Below, in pieces: positions 29,177 through 39,344 of a stretch of 42,705 nucleotides of DNA (the first letter of the stretch is position 1; each line of letters begins with the position of its first letter). The stretch lies in assembly GCA_964404675.1 (NCBI GenBank), contig CAYOLB010000348.1, positions 1 through 42,705 on the forward strand, in the 5' to 3' direction. The notes under the pieces were generated by a model. The model saw only the letters and a list, made by a program, of their open reading frames with translations. It had not been told where the DNA came from and did not search any database. Origin of the DNA: an uncultured Atribacterota bacterium. GTDB taxonomy: Bacteria; Atribacterota; Phoenicimicrobiia; Phoenicimicrobiales; Stramentimicrobiaceae. The translations under genes and the position numbers were made by a program.

Positions 29177-30391
29177 TTAATTTTCAAGATTACCTTGCAT
29201 ATAATCAAAAATATATTCTGCTAATTCATATTTTGACATAAGTGGTAAATCTTTCTTTTCGCCATGATTATTGATAATTAATACCTTGTTGGTATCAACT
29301 TCAAAACCACTATCTTCCCTGCTAATATCATTAGCAATAATATAATCTAAATTCTTTGCTTTTAATTTTTCCAAGGCATTTTCAGTTAAATGATTCACTT
29401 CAGCAGCGAACCCTATCAATATTTGTTTGGTCTTTTTTTCTCCAGCTTCTTTTAAAATATCAACATTTTTTTCTAATTCCAGATGGAAGACTTTTTGTTT
29501 ATTCTTCTTTATTTTCCCCGAAAATTTTTGGGCAGGTCTAAAATCAGATACTGCTGCTGAAGATATAAAAATATCGGAGTCTTCGAAATAAGACATTACC
29601 GCTTCTCTCATTTGCTGGGCTGTATTGACATGTATTATGCTTATCCCACAAGGGTCAGGTAAACAAGTAGGTCCAGTAACTAAAGTTACACTTGCTCCTC
29701 TATTTCTAGCTACTTCTGCCAAAGAAAAACCCATTTTCCCGGTGGAGCGATTGGTAATAAACCTTACTTCATCAATGGGTTCTCTCGTAGCAGAAGCTGT
29801 AATTAAAACTTTTTTGCCCTTTAAAGAAGTATTTGTGTTAATCTGTATTTTTATTGTATTTAAAATATCTATGGGGTCAGCCATACGTCCATCACCATAT
29901 TCTCCACAGGCTAAATTACCATGGGTGGTTGCTATAAAATAATAGTTCTTTTTTAACAGATAATTCACATTATCCTGATAAATTGGATTGCTAATCATTG
30001 CACTATTCATAGATGGTGCAAAAATAATTTTTCCTTTGAAGGCCAATACAGTTGCAGAAAGCAGATCATCTGCCAGGCCATTGGCAATTTTGGCAATCGT
30101 ATTTGCGGTAGCGGGAGCAATAACAATTAAATCAGCCCAACGGGATAAAGAAATATGCCTGATTTGCTCATCCCCTTCATCCCGGGAGAAGATATCTGTA
30201 TAAACCTTATTCTCAGATAGAACTGCAAGAGTCAGTGGTGAAATAAAATGCATAGCATTTTTAGTCATTATCACCCTGACCTCAAAACCCTCTTTTTTAA
30301 GTAGCCTTACCAATTCTGCACTTTTATAAGCAGCAATCCCTCCAGTTATACCGAGAATAACCCTAATTTTTTTATTCTCTCTTTCTGTCAT
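29177..30391 (-). CDS. coaBC: Bifunctional phosphopantothenoylcysteine decarboxylase / phosphopantothenate-cysteine ligase; start probably at MTEREN rather than the ORF-track start at 30439
   Basis: KIRVILGITGGIAAYK is the flavoprotein N-terminus. The CoaB domain occupies the C-terminal half. N-terminal alignment to CoaBC proteins favours the ATG at 30391. Confidence 0.9.
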   Translation of the reverse strand: MTERENKKIRVILGITGGIAAYKSAELVRLLKKEGFEVRVIMTKNAMHFISPLTLAVLSENKVYTDIFSRDEGDEQIRHISLSRWADLIVIAPATANTIAKIANGLADDLLSATVLAFKGKIIFAPSMNSAMISNPIYQDNVNYLLKKNYYFIATTHGNLACGEYGDGRMADPIDILNTIKIQINTNTSLKGKKVLITASATREPIDEVRFITNRSTGKMGFSLAEVARNRGASVTLVTGPTCLPDPCGISIIHVNTAQQMREAVMSYFEDSDIFISSAAVSDFRPAQKFSGKIKKNKQKVFHLELEKNVDILKEAGEKKTKQILIGFAAEVNHLTENALEKLKAKNLDYIIANDISREDSGFEVDTNKVLIINNHGEKKDLPLMSKYELAEYIFDYMQGNLEN

Positions 30392-30494
30392 AACTTCACC
30401 AGAACACTTTCCTAAAACTTTCATTAACAAGCAAATCACTAATTCGACTTTTCAAACAAGACAATTATATTATAGCAGATAACACTGAGAAAAA

Positions 30495-31100
30495 TTATAG
30501 AGTAAAATTTGGTATTTGTGCATTAATTTTGCATCTTTCGCTGATAATAACAGATTTTAATTCCTCCAGGGCCTTTTCGAAGTGATTGTTAATTATCAAA
30601 TAATCGTAGTTTTTTATTTCTTTTAATTCCTTATGTGCATCTTTAAGTCGCTTTTTTAATTCTTCCTCTTTTTCTGTTTTCCTACCTCTCAATCTATCTT
30701 CTAATTGTTCCCAGGAAGGAGGAGCAATAAATATAAATATAGCCTCAGGAAACTTTTTTTTCAATTTCTTAGCACCCTGTACATCAATTTCTAAAATAAG
30801 GTCCTCTCCCTTACTAAGACTTTCATAAATTGTGGATAAAAGTGTACCTTTGTAATCTTCATGAACTAATGCCCATTCAGCAAATTGTCCCTCTTTGATG
30901 TATTTTTTAAATGTATCTTCATTGACAAAGAAATAATCCTTGCCTTCTACCTCATTTTTTCTAGGTTTCCTGGTAGTGACAGATACAGAATAATACAGGT
31001 TTGGGATACATTGAAACAGTTTCTGTCTAAGCGTGCCTTTCCCTACACCTGAAGGTCCGGAAATAACAAATAAACGTCCTTTATAGTTATTTTTTTGCAT
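30495..31100 (-). CDS. gmk: Guanylate kinase
   Basis: GRLFVISGPSGVGKGTL is the P-loop. YYSVSVTTRKPRKNEVEGKDYFFV is also present. Confidence 0.95.
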   Translation of the reverse strand: MQKNNYKGRLFVISGPSGVGKGTLRQKLFQCIPNLYYSVSVTTRKPRKNEVEGKDYFFVNEDTFKKYIKEGQFAEWALVHEDYKGTLLSTIYESLSKGEDLILEIDVQGAKKLKKKFPEAIFIFIAPPSWEQLEDRLRGRKTEKEEELKKRLKDAHKELKEIKNYDYLIINNHFEKALEELKSVIISERCKINAQIPNFTL

Positions 31101-31119
31101 TCCTTTTACCCTTTATTCA

Positions 31120-31386
31120 TTATTTATTACTATTTTCTTTTTTCTGATATGAAGTCATTCTATTAATAATAGTTTCAGGTTGTAATGCCGATAGAATAAC
31201 CTGATTACTGTCGGTTATCAAAACAGAACGGGTCCTTCTGCCATAAGTAGCGTTTACTAATTTATTTGCCTGTTTTGCCTCTTCTCTTAATCTTTTCATA
31301 GGTGCAGAATCGGGATCTAATATTACTATAACCCTGTTCGAATTAACAAAATTCCCAAAACCAATATTCATCATAAATAAATTCAT
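31120..31386 (-). CDS. remA: RemA/YlzA (DUF370) family regulator
   Basis: [27 protein letters not shown]...[28 protein letters not shown] matches RemA. Its position between yicC and gmk is conserved. Confidence 0.85.
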   Translation of the reverse strand: MNLFMMNIGFGNFVNSNRVIVILDPDSAPMKRLREEAKQANKLVNATYGRRTRSVLITDSNQVILSALQPETIINRMTSYQKKENSNK

Positions 31387-31400
31387 AAAAATCTCCTACA

Positions 31401-32276
31401 CTATTCAATATTTCTTGACTGCTCTTTTATTTTTTCTAATTCGTCTTTCAACTTGATTATTTTCAATGATATACTTTTGTGATTTGATTTGGAACCAATA
31501 GTATTAATTTCTCTCCCAATTTCCTGGGTATAGAATTCAATTTTACGACCAATTGGTGTTACATTTTTCATAATTCTTTTTAACTGCGTAAAATGGCATT
31601 TAAGCCTTGTTATTTCTTCGGATATATCACTCTTCTGAGCTAGAATTGAAACTTCCATTTCCATCCTCCCATCATCCAGGGGGATATCCTCACCAAGTTG
31701 TTGAATTCTATATTTTAATTTTTCCTGATAATCTTTTAAACATTGGTCTTTATCCTTTTCGACCTCTGTAATAACTACCTTCATCCTATCAATTCTCTTT
31801 AAAATATCATCGATTAGCTTTCTGCCTTCTTCTTCTCTGCTTTTAACCATGTTATCCATGGCGTTTTCCAAAGAAACTTTAATTGATTTCCACAAACCTT
31901 CATCTTCATCTTCTTTAATAAATTCAAAAATTTCTTTAAACTTAAGCAATGATTCGAGGTTTACATCTTCTTGTATTTTTGTAATTTCTTTTAACCTGTT
32001 TAAAGATTCTATATATGAATTCAGCAAGTTTTCATTTAATCTTATATTACTGATATTGTCATTGCTTTTATCTAATTTTATAAGAACATTTATACTGCCC
32101 CTGCTAATTTTATGCTGGATGACATCTTCTATTTTTTGCAGAATACCTAAAGACTGAATAGGCATTCTTACCTTGATGTCACAATAGCGATTATTAACCG
32201 ATTTTATTTCCACCTTAGAAGCAATACCATTTATAGTTGCCTCTCCCATTCCAAAGCCGGTCATACTTTTAGCCAA
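31401..32276 (-). CDS. yicC: YicC/YloC-family protein (stress-induced, RNase-like)
   Basis: The N-terminus MAKSMTGFGMGE is typical. The YicC-like N-terminal region and the DUF1732 C-terminus are present. Confidence 0.85.
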   Translation of the reverse strand: MAKSMTGFGMGEATINGIASKVEIKSVNNRYCDIKVRMPIQSLGILQKIEDVIQHKISRGSINVLIKLDKSNDNISNIRLNENLLNSYIESLNRLKEITKIQEDVNLESLLKFKEIFEFIKEDEDEGLWKSIKVSLENAMDNMVKSREEEGRKLIDDILKRIDRMKVVITEVEKDKDQCLKDYQEKLKYRIQQLGEDIPLDDGRMEMEVSILAQKSDISEEITRLKCHFTQLKRIMKNVTPIGRKIEFYTQEIGREINTIGSKSNHKSISLKIIKLKDELEKIKEQSRNIE

Positions 32277-32678
32277 ATATTTCTCCTTTCAACTTTTAAT
32301 TTTTACAATCATTTTAGGTAATTACTTAGTCTGTGTCAAACAATCAAATTTTCTTTTCTGGTAATATTAAATCAATAATACCTTTTAATCAAAAACTTTA
32401 CTTTTCTTTAGAGTCTATTAGCTAGCATTGTCATAAATTTAGTCAATTATCCTCCAAGAAATTAATTATATATTATTATGCTGTACAATTCCAGTTGTCA
32501 GCAAAATGTTTCTTCTTTACAAAGAAAGAAAACATTACACCTGTGAAATGGGTGGTTTTAAAAACCTACTTAGAGTCAGGTGAAAAATTGTCATATCTTT
32601 TTCTTATTTTTTTTCATGATAAAAGTATTTTATTTAATTATTATCACCTTTTTATAAGATGGCAATGATTAAATAAAC

Positions 32679-32707
32679 TTGACCATTGAAATTAAATATA
32701 TTATAAA
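32679..32707 (+). promoter_or_regulatory. Sigma-70 promoter TTGACC-17 nt-TATAAA for rqcH
   Basis: The sequence TTGACCattgaaattaaatatatTATAAA lies 44 nt upstream of the ATG at 32751. Confidence 0.55.
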
Positions 32708-32750
32708 TTATCTGTAGGAAATTTTTAAAACCCCAAAATAAAGGTAAAAA

Positions 32751-34550
32751 ATGAAATTAGACAGTATTGCTTTATCTTCTGTTGTTTCCGAAATCAAGGA
32801 AAAACTGATTCCAGCAAAAATAATTGACATTTACCAAATAAACAAATATGAAATATTATTAAATTTAAAAAGTAATAATTGTACTGGCAAATTATTTTTC
32901 TCTTTAAGGCCTGATATGATGGCCTTCTTTCTTAGTGATTTGCCTTTTCCTTCTGAAAATTTTTCTTCACTGTTTTTTAATCATTTACAAAATTGGGTCC
33001 AAGGAGGGATATTGTTAGATATCCAACATTACCATTTTGATCGGATTATCAGGCTTTTCATTCAGCCTTACCATAAATTCCATATACCAGAACAATATTA
33101 TCTAATGATTGAGTTCATGGGCAAACACAGCAATGCTATTCTGATAGATGAAAAAAATATTATCAAATCATCGTTAAAGCAAGTTGGGCTAGAAGTAAAC
33201 AGGTATAGAGAAATAAAGCCTGGTGCAATTTATGTTTCCCCTCCAAGACAAGAAAAACACAATCCTTTAACAATTAGCAAGTCGGACTTTATGGATGCTG
33301 TAGATAAAGCAAAACAAAGAAATGATATTGAATATCTATGGCAATTCTTTTTTAATTATTTTTATGGAATTGCTGTTAAGAGCGCAAAAGAAATTGTAAG
33401 ATTTATGGATTTCCCCCTGGAACAAAAATTTGATTTAATAGGCAATCAAGAATTAACCCTGCTTTGCAAAAAATTTTTTGAACTAAAAATAAAAATTAAA
33501 GACAACAATCTTTCGCCTGTTGTATTAATTGACAAAAATACAGATCAGATAATTGATTATTCGTTATTATATCCAATAGATATCGATAATACAGTAAAAA
33601 TATCATTTGAAAAAACTTCACCCTGTCTTGAATTCGTTTTTAATAAGTTAAAAGAAAGAGAAAGAAAGCAAGAATTATCTTCTACAATCAATAGAACACT
33701 GAAAAAAAATATTAGAAAAATCAAAGAAAAAGAAAAGTTGTTACAGCAAAGAAAAAAAGAGATGGAAAATAGTTTTGAATATAAGAAGAAAGGTGAATTA
33801 ATTAAGGCAAATTTATGGAATATTAAGCCTGGAACTCAAGCAGTAACAGTAGTTGACTATACCGATAAAAATCAGAAGCAGGTTACTATTGATTTAAATC
33901 CTAACTTTAGCCCAGTTCAAAATGCTGAAAAATTTTTTAAGAAATATAAAAAATTACAGCAGAATAAAGATATCTTAAGAAAACAAATAAATGAAAATAA
34001 AAAATCTTTCCAGCAATTAAAAAAAATCCAACTGGAGTTTATTGAAAATCAAGACTCATTGGAAACATTGACCTCACTATATAATAAATTGATTAAACTA
34101 AAATACCTAAAAGATGAAAATGCTATAAAAAACAAACGAAAAAAAGCACAGGTACCTGCAATAAGTAAATTTCTTTCACCAGAAGGATGGGTTATTCTTG
34201 TAGGAAAAAATAACAAGCAGAATGAATATATGTTAAGATATTTATCTTCTGGGAATGATTTTTGGTTACATAACCTAGCCAGGCCTGGCAGTCATGTTAT
34301 TATAAAAAATCATAAGAATATAGATCATCCTCCTTACTTGACTCTTCTCTTTGCAGCCAGATTAGCAGGATATTACAGTAAATGCAAAGACAAAGAAAAT
34401 GCCATAATTATCTATACACAAAGAAAATATGTAAAAAAACCCAAAAATGCAAAGCCTGGAAAAGTGATATATTCAAATGAAAAAACATTAACTGTGTTAA
34501 TTGATTCTGATGCGATTAAAAAAGATATAAATCAAATGATTGTTAATTGA
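32751..34550 (+). CDS. rqcH: RqcH (NFACT-family ribosome quality-control protein; fibronectin-binding protein A-like)
   Basis: An NFACT-N domain is at the N-terminus. A central K/E-rich coiled-coil follows. The NFACT-R/DUF814 block is PEGWVILVGKNNKQNEYMLRYLSSGNDFWLHNLARPGSHVIIKNH. Confidence 0.85.
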   Translation: MKLDSIALSSVVSEIKEKLIPAKIIDIYQINKYEILLNLKSNNCTGKLFFSLRPDMMAFFLSDLPFPSENFSSLFFNHLQNWVQGGILLDIQHYHFDRIIRLFIQPYHKFHIPEQYYLMIEFMGKHSNAILIDEKNIIKSSLKQVGLEVNRYREIKPGAIYVSPPRQEKHNPLTISKSDFMDAVDKAKQRNDIEYLWQFFFNYFYGIAVKSAKEIVRFMDFPLEQKFDLIGNQELTLLCKKFFELKIKIKDNNLSPVVLIDKNTDQIIDYSLLYPIDIDNTVKISFEKTSPCLEFVFNKLKERERKQELSSTINRTLKKNIRKIKEKEKLLQQRKKEMENSFEYKKKGELIKANLWNIKPGTQAVTVVDYTDKNQKQVTIDLNPNFSPVQNAEKFFKKYKKLQQNKDILRKQINENKKSFQQLKKIQLEFIENQDSLETLTSLYNKLIKLKYLKDENAIKNKRKKAQVPAISKFLSPEGWVILVGKNNKQNEYMLRYLSSGNDFWLHNLARPGSHVIIKNHKNIDHPPYLTLLFAARLAGYYSKCKDKENAIIIYTQRKYVKKPKNAKPGKVIYSNEKTLTVLIDSDAIKKDINQMIVN

Positions 34551-34556
34551 TATTTT

Positions 34557-35492
34557 CTAGGGGCAGATAGTAATCAACTGTTTGAGGATATCCTCCGGTA
34601 AATTTGAGGTAAAGCTCATTATCTGACGGCTTACAGGATGAACAAACTGTAGGTAATGAGAATGTAGAGCCTGTCTTTGTATTACCAATGATTGGTCTAT
34701 TTTCTTCTGTTCTCCATAAAGCTTGTCACCAACTATTGGATGGCCAATAAATTTCAGATGAACCCTTATTTGGTGGGTACGACCGGTATATAGCCTGATT
34801 AACAGTAAGCTAAATGATTCAAACAACCTGATTACTTCAAAATAAGTCTTTGCTTCACGGCTTGCTATATCGGTTACTGCCATTTTATTACCATGTTTTA
34901 TATCTCTACCAATAGGTGCCTCGATATACCCAGCTTTGTCTTTGACAACACCATGCACCAATGCCATATATTTTTTTATAATCGTTCTATCTCTAAGTTG
35001 TTTTGTTAAATCGTGGTGCGCTAAATCAGTCTTCGCAACCATCATCAAACCTGATGTTTCCTTATCCAAACGATGCACAATTCCAGGTCTATTTACTCCA
35101 TTAATGCTGGGTAATTTACCCTGGCAATGAAATAATATGGCATTAACCAGAGTACCATTTTTTACCTTGCCAGTAGGATGAACAATCATGCCTGCACTCT
35201 TATTAATGACCATCATATGCTCATCTTCATAATATATATCAAGAGGAATATCTTCAGCTTCAAGAGGTAGGTTCCTCTTAAGAGGAATATCTATTAGTAT
35301 TCTTTCTCCATTTTTTAAAATGTAACTCGGTTTTACCTTTTTCCCATTTACAGCAATATTACCATTGGAAATTAAGTCTTTAATCCTACTTCTAGATAAA
35401 CCATGTATCTTTTCTTGAGACAGAAAAACATCAATTCTAATATCTCCCTGTCCCAGATATTTTATTTCATCTATCTTATTTTGATAATTCAA
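34557..35492 (-). CDS. rluD: RluA-family 23S rRNA pseudouridine synthase (RluD-like, N-terminal S4 domain)
   Basis: HRLDKETSGLMMVAKT carries the catalytic Asp. The S4 domain is RIDVFLSQ...SRSRIKDLI. It is convergent with rqcH with only a 6-nt gap. Confidence 0.9.
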   Translation of the reverse strand: MNYQNKIDEIKYLGQGDIRIDVFLSQEKIHGLSRSRIKDLISNGNIAVNGKKVKPSYILKNGERILIDIPLKRNLPLEAEDIPLDIYYEDEHMMVINKSAGMIVHPTGKVKNGTLVNAILFHCQGKLPSINGVNRPGIVHRLDKETSGLMMVAKTDLAHHDLTKQLRDRTIIKKYMALVHGVVKDKAGYIEAPIGRDIKHGNKMAVTDIASREAKTYFEVIRLFESFSLLLIRLYTGRTHQIRVHLKFIGHPIVGDKLYGEQKKIDQSLVIQRQALHSHYLQFVHPVSRQIMSFTSNLPEDILKQLITICP

Positions 35493-35541
35493 TTATTTAC
35501 TCTTGTTAATTACAAATTTATTAATATCCGCATCCGCTAAT

Positions 35542-36009
35542 TTATTCTTCCAGCCCATTATCCTCATTTTGCTCTTCTTTTTTAAATAAAAAATGGATAA
35601 CTAACAATAATAGACCTATATTTATTGCCGAATCTGCAATATTGAAAATAGGCCATATTCGAAAATCCAAAAAATCAATCACACTACCAACACGCAGACG
35701 GTCAATTATATTTCCCAGAGAGCCACCTAAAATGAAAATTAAAGCAAAAAATACAAGACGATTCTGCTCAACCATCTTATTTCGCAGAAAAAATATTATA
35801 ACTAAAATTATCAGTAAGGCAATAATGATAAAAACATTATTATGTAATTTTAGCAGACCAAATGCAGAATATGGGTTTTGAATATATGTTATATGGAAAA
35901 TTCCTTTTATTACAGGTATGGATTCCATCAAATTGACATTACTTTGAACCCATATTTTACTAAACTGGTCAGCAAAAACTACTAAAAAAACACCTATCAA
36001 AAAACTCAT
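35542..36009 (-). CDS. lspA: Lipoprotein signal peptidase (signal peptidase II)
   Basis: There are four TM segments. The conserved motifs are NPYSAFG and FNIADSAINIG. Confidence 0.9.
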   Translation of the reverse strand: MSFLIGVFLVVFADQFSKIWVQSNVNLMESIPVIKGIFHITYIQNPYSAFGLLKLHNNVFIIIALLIILVIIFFLRNKMVEQNRLVFFALIFILGGSLGNIIDRLRVGSVIDFLDFRIWPIFNIADSAINIGLLLLVIHFLFKKEEQNEDNGLEE

Positions 36010-36146
36010 TTATGCTCCGCCATCTTTTAGTTACTGGATATTTCAATAAATATTACACCGACAAATCGGGTCACCTTAAGAAGCTTTTTATACAAGCTTC
36101 AAAAAAAGTGATTTTCTTTGATTAAATAAAATATCTATCAAGGAAA

Positions 36147-38957
36147 TTATTTACTCTGATTATTCTCTCTTAATACATTAACACATTTCTGGCAAATTGT
36201 GGGATACTGGCTATCCTCTCCCACTGTTTCAGAATAACACCAGCATCTTTCACATTTTTGTCCAGGAGCCTTCTTTATTACCACAGAAATTTCTGGCACT
36301 TCTTCTCCATTAAAAATATTTTCATTTTCATTATAATTATTATTATCTATCAGATTTACCTTAGAAACAATAAAAACAATTTCTAATTGTTCCTTAAAAT
36401 CTTTCAAATAACTATAAATCTTTTTATCAGTAGTATATATATCTACCTGTCCTTGCAGAGAATTACCAATTTGACCTTCTTTCCTGGATATTTCTAATGC
36501 CTTTAAAACATCTTTTCTGATAGCTAAAAGTTTACTCCACTTCTCTTCAATATCTTTCCTCGTTAATTTGCGATCTACTTTTGGCCATGGTGACAAAAAA
36601 ACGCTCTCTTCTTTTTCCCAATTTTTATTTAATTTTTGCCAAATTTCCTCAGCAGTAAAACTTAAAACAGGGGCAATTAACTGAGTTAATCCAGTTATCA
36701 CAGTATAAAGAACAGTTTGTGCTGCCCTTCTCTGCAAAGAATCAGCATCTAATACATAGAGTCTATCTTTAATTATATCAAGATAGAATGAACTTAAGTT
36801 AAGAGTGCAATAATTGTGTACATCATGGTAAAGAGTATGAAATTCATAATTATCATAATTATCGGTAGTTCTTCTTACCAAATCCTGAAATTGACTTAAT
36901 GCTAGCTTATCGATTTCTTCCAGATTATCGTAAGGAACATTATTAATATCAGGATCGAAATCATAAAGATTTCCCAATATGAAACGTGCTGTATTCCTTA
37001 TCTTTCTGTAAATTTCCACTAGTTGTTTTAATATTTTATTTGAAATTCGGACATCTCTCTTATAATCAGAAGATGCAACCCATAATCTTAAGATATCTGC
37101 ACCATATTCATCAATTACTTTCTGTGGAGGGATAACATTTCCAATAGATTTTGACATTTTTCTGCCTTCTTCATCCACGATAAAACCATGAGTCAAAACT
37201 GATTTATATGGAGCTTCGTCAAAACTGGCAACTGCTGTTAATAGGGAAGTTTGGAACCATCCACGATGCTGATCTGTTCCTTCTAAATATAACTCACAAG
37301 GCCAATGTAAATCATCTCTACCTCTTAATACTGCTGCATGGCTGCAACCTGAATCAAACCAAACATCCATAATATCAGATTCTTTTTCAAATTCAGTTCC
37401 CTGACAATAAGGGCACTGAAAGCCTTTTGGTAATATTTCTTCGGCAGACATTGCAAACCAGGCATTAGAACCCTTTTCTCTGAATAATTTTTTGACAACA
37501 TCAATTGTCTGTGGTGTTATCACTATCTTCTTACAATTCTTACAATAAAAAGCAGGAATAGGCACTCCCCAAACCCTTTGTCTAGAAATACACCAATCAG
37601 TTCTTTCTTGCACCATACTATAAATCTTATCCTTACCCCAGCTAGGTACCCATTTTACCTGATTAATGGCTTCAATTGCCTTATCTCTGAATTTGTCTAC
37701 CGATACAAACCATTGTTCAGTAGCCCTGAATAAAACTGGATTTTTACAACGCCAACAATGGGGATAGGAATGTTTAATTTTACCTTTCCCTAATAAATAA
37801 CCTTTGTCTTGCAAGCTTTCAATAACCTTTGTGTTTGCCTCTTTGTAATACAAACCATTAAAAGGACCTGCATTTTCATTTAATCTACCCTTACTATCCA
37901 AAGTAGAAATAATCGGAAGTTTATATTTAATACCGATTTCATAATCTTCCTGTCCATGACCTGGTGCAGTATGTACACATCCTGATCCCTCTTCCAGGGT
38001 AACATGTCTGCCCAAGATAATTATTGAATCCCTTTCCAACAACGGATGCCTTGTTTTAATACCTTCAAATAAATCGCCTTTTTTCTCAGCAATAACCTGA
38101 TATTTTTCAATACCAACTTTTTTCATAACCTGTTCTACCAATTTTGAGGCAAAAATTAGATATCCCCGCTCGGTTTTTACCAGACTATAACTAAAATCAG
38201 GATTAAAGGTGATGGCAAAATTACCAGGTATAGTCCAGGGTGTTGTTGTCCAAATAACTACATAGGTTTCTCCATTTTTTGCTTTTGGAAAAATTGAACT
38301 AATATTATCAATAACCTTAAATTTCACATAAATAGAATCACTTTCTTCATCACTATACTCTATTTCAGCAGCAGCCAAAGCTGTTTCACAGGAGGGACAC
38401 CACAATACAGGCTTCAGACCCTTATAAATGTATCCGCGTTCATACATCTTACCAAATACATCAATTTGTTTTTCCTCGTATTCTGGTAAAAAAGTCAGAT
38501 ACGGATTTTCCCAATCAGCACTAACTCCTAATCTTTTAAATTCTTCTCTTTGAATATCGATGTATTTCTCCGCATATTTCTGGCATTTTTTCCTCAACGA
38601 TACTGGGTCAATATCATTAAGAGTAACATTCAGTTCCTGGCTAACCTTATGTTCTATGGGCATACCATGAGTATCCCAGCCAGGGACATAATAAGCATTA
38701 TATCCCCTCATCCACTTATATTTTGGAATAATATCTTTAAGTATTTTATTATAGGCTGTTCCAATATGTATATTGCCATTAGCATAAGGAGGTCCATCAT
38801 GTAGAATAAATTTTTCATTCTTCCTATATTTATTTAACAATTTTTTGTCCAATTCAATATTCTGCCAGAATTCAAGCATCTTAGGTTCTTCTTTTGGCAA
38901 ATTAGCCTTCATTGAAAAATCAGTTTTTGGTAAATTAAGCGTTTCTTTAAAATCCAT
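36147..38957 (-). CDS. ileS: Isoleucyl-tRNA synthetase. The start is reassigned to MDFKETLNLPKTDF (ATG at 38955-38957); the ORF-track 5' extension contains the RBS
   Basis: The HIGH motif is in PPYANGNIHIGTAYN and KMSKS is present. The C-terminal zinc knuckle is CERCWCY...CQKC. AAGGGAG lies 8 nt upstream of the second ATG. Confidence 0.95.
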   Translation of the reverse strand: MDFKETLNLPKTDFSMKANLPKEEPKMLEFWQNIELDKKLLNKYRKNEKFILHDGPPYANGNIHIGTAYNKILKDIIPKYKWMRGYNAYYVPGWDTHGMPIEHKVSQELNVTLNDIDPVSLRKKCQKYAEKYIDIQREEFKRLGVSADWENPYLTFLPEYEEKQIDVFGKMYERGYIYKGLKPVLWCPSCETALAAAEIEYSDEESDSIYVKFKVIDNISSIFPKAKNGETYVVIWTTTPWTIPGNFAITFNPDFSYSLVKTERGYLIFASKLVEQVMKKVGIEKYQVIAEKKGDLFEGIKTRHPLLERDSIIILGRHVTLEEGSGCVHTAPGHGQEDYEIGIKYKLPIISTLDSKGRLNENAGPFNGLYYKEANTKVIESLQDKGYLLGKGKIKHSYPHCWRCKNPVLFRATEQWFVSVDKFRDKAIEAINQVKWVPSWGKDKIYSMVQERTDWCISRQRVWGVPIPAFYCKNCKKIVITPQTIDVVKKLFREKGSNAWFAMSAEEILPKGFQCPYCQGTEFEKESDIMDVWFDSGCSHAAVLRGRDDLHWPCELYLEGTDQHRGWFQTSLLTAVASFDEAPYKSVLTHGFIVDEEGRKMSKSIGNVIPPQKVIDEYGADILRLWVASSDYKRDVRISNKILKQLVEIYRKIRNTARFILGNLYDFDPDINNVPYDNLEEIDKLALSQFQDLVRRTTDNYDNYEFHTLYHDVHNYCTLNLSSFYLDIIKDRLYVLDADSLQRRAAQTVLYTVITGLTQLIAPVLSFTAEEIWQKLNKNWEKEESVFLSPWPKVDRKLTRKDIEEKWSKLLAIRKDVLKALEISRKEGQIGNSLQGQVDIYTTDKKIYSYLKDFKEQLEIVFIVSKVNLIDNNNYNENENIFNGEEVPEISVVIKKAPGQKCERCWCYSETVGEDSQYPTICQKCVNVLRENNQSK

Positions 38958-38989
38958 ATCTTTTCTCCCTTTATCTCGCAATTATCAAA

Positions 38990-39300
38990 TTAAAATAAAA
39001 ACCCCTTGCCGCTAAAAAGGGCAAGAGGTAAGATTTCCTGCGGTACCACCTTTATTTGTTATTATTGTCTTCATCTTTAAAAGTTAAGTAATAATAACCT
39101 TTATGAAAAAATGTTCTTCATATTTAGTATTATCGGTACAACCGTTTTGGCTTATTTAGTATCTTTCAGCCAAAAATTAAAGAGGTGATTTTCAGTATTT
39201 ATAGAAAACTTACTTTTCCTCTTATCCTTTGCTTGATAACTTCCCTTTACAATGAAATATATTATTTTTGATAAAAAATATTACCATTATTTTCAATAAG
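38990..39300 (-). promoter_or_regulatory. T-box riboswitch leader of ileS (antiterminator T-box sequence, terminator hairpin, putative Ile AUC specifier)
   Basis: The minus-strand RNA contains AAAGGUGGUACCGCAGG (plus-strand 39035-39051), which matches the T-box GGUGGNACCGCG core. It is followed by the terminator CCUCUUGCC-cuuuuuagc-GGCAAGGGG + UUUUUAUUUU (39002-39028). An upstream ...GAAAAUCACC... (AUC+A, plus-strand 39167-39169) is a candidate specifier. Confidence 0.8.
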
Positions 39301-39344
39301 AGTCAATCTAAACATACAATAAAGCATATAATAATAAACAAGGG

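Noticed and set aside
30392-30439. The ORF-track N-terminal extension of coaBC reads MICLLMKVLGKCSGEV.
   Set aside because: It lacks an RBS. CoaBC orthologues start ~8 aa before the IxVxLGxTGGIAAYK motif.
36010-36146. Small hairpins (GAAGCTT-ttataca-AAGCTTC; CCGA-tttg-TCGG) lie in the ileS-lspA intergenic region. They are candidate ileS terminators.
   Set aside because: Stems are short and the U-tract is on the wrong side for a minus-strand intrinsic terminator. ileS-lspA are probably co-transcribed.
38958-38981. The ORF-track N-terminal extension of ileS reads MRDKGRKD.
   Set aside because: It contains the AAGGGAG Shine-Dalgarno for the downstream ATG. MDFKETLNLPKTDF is the conserved IleS N-terminus.
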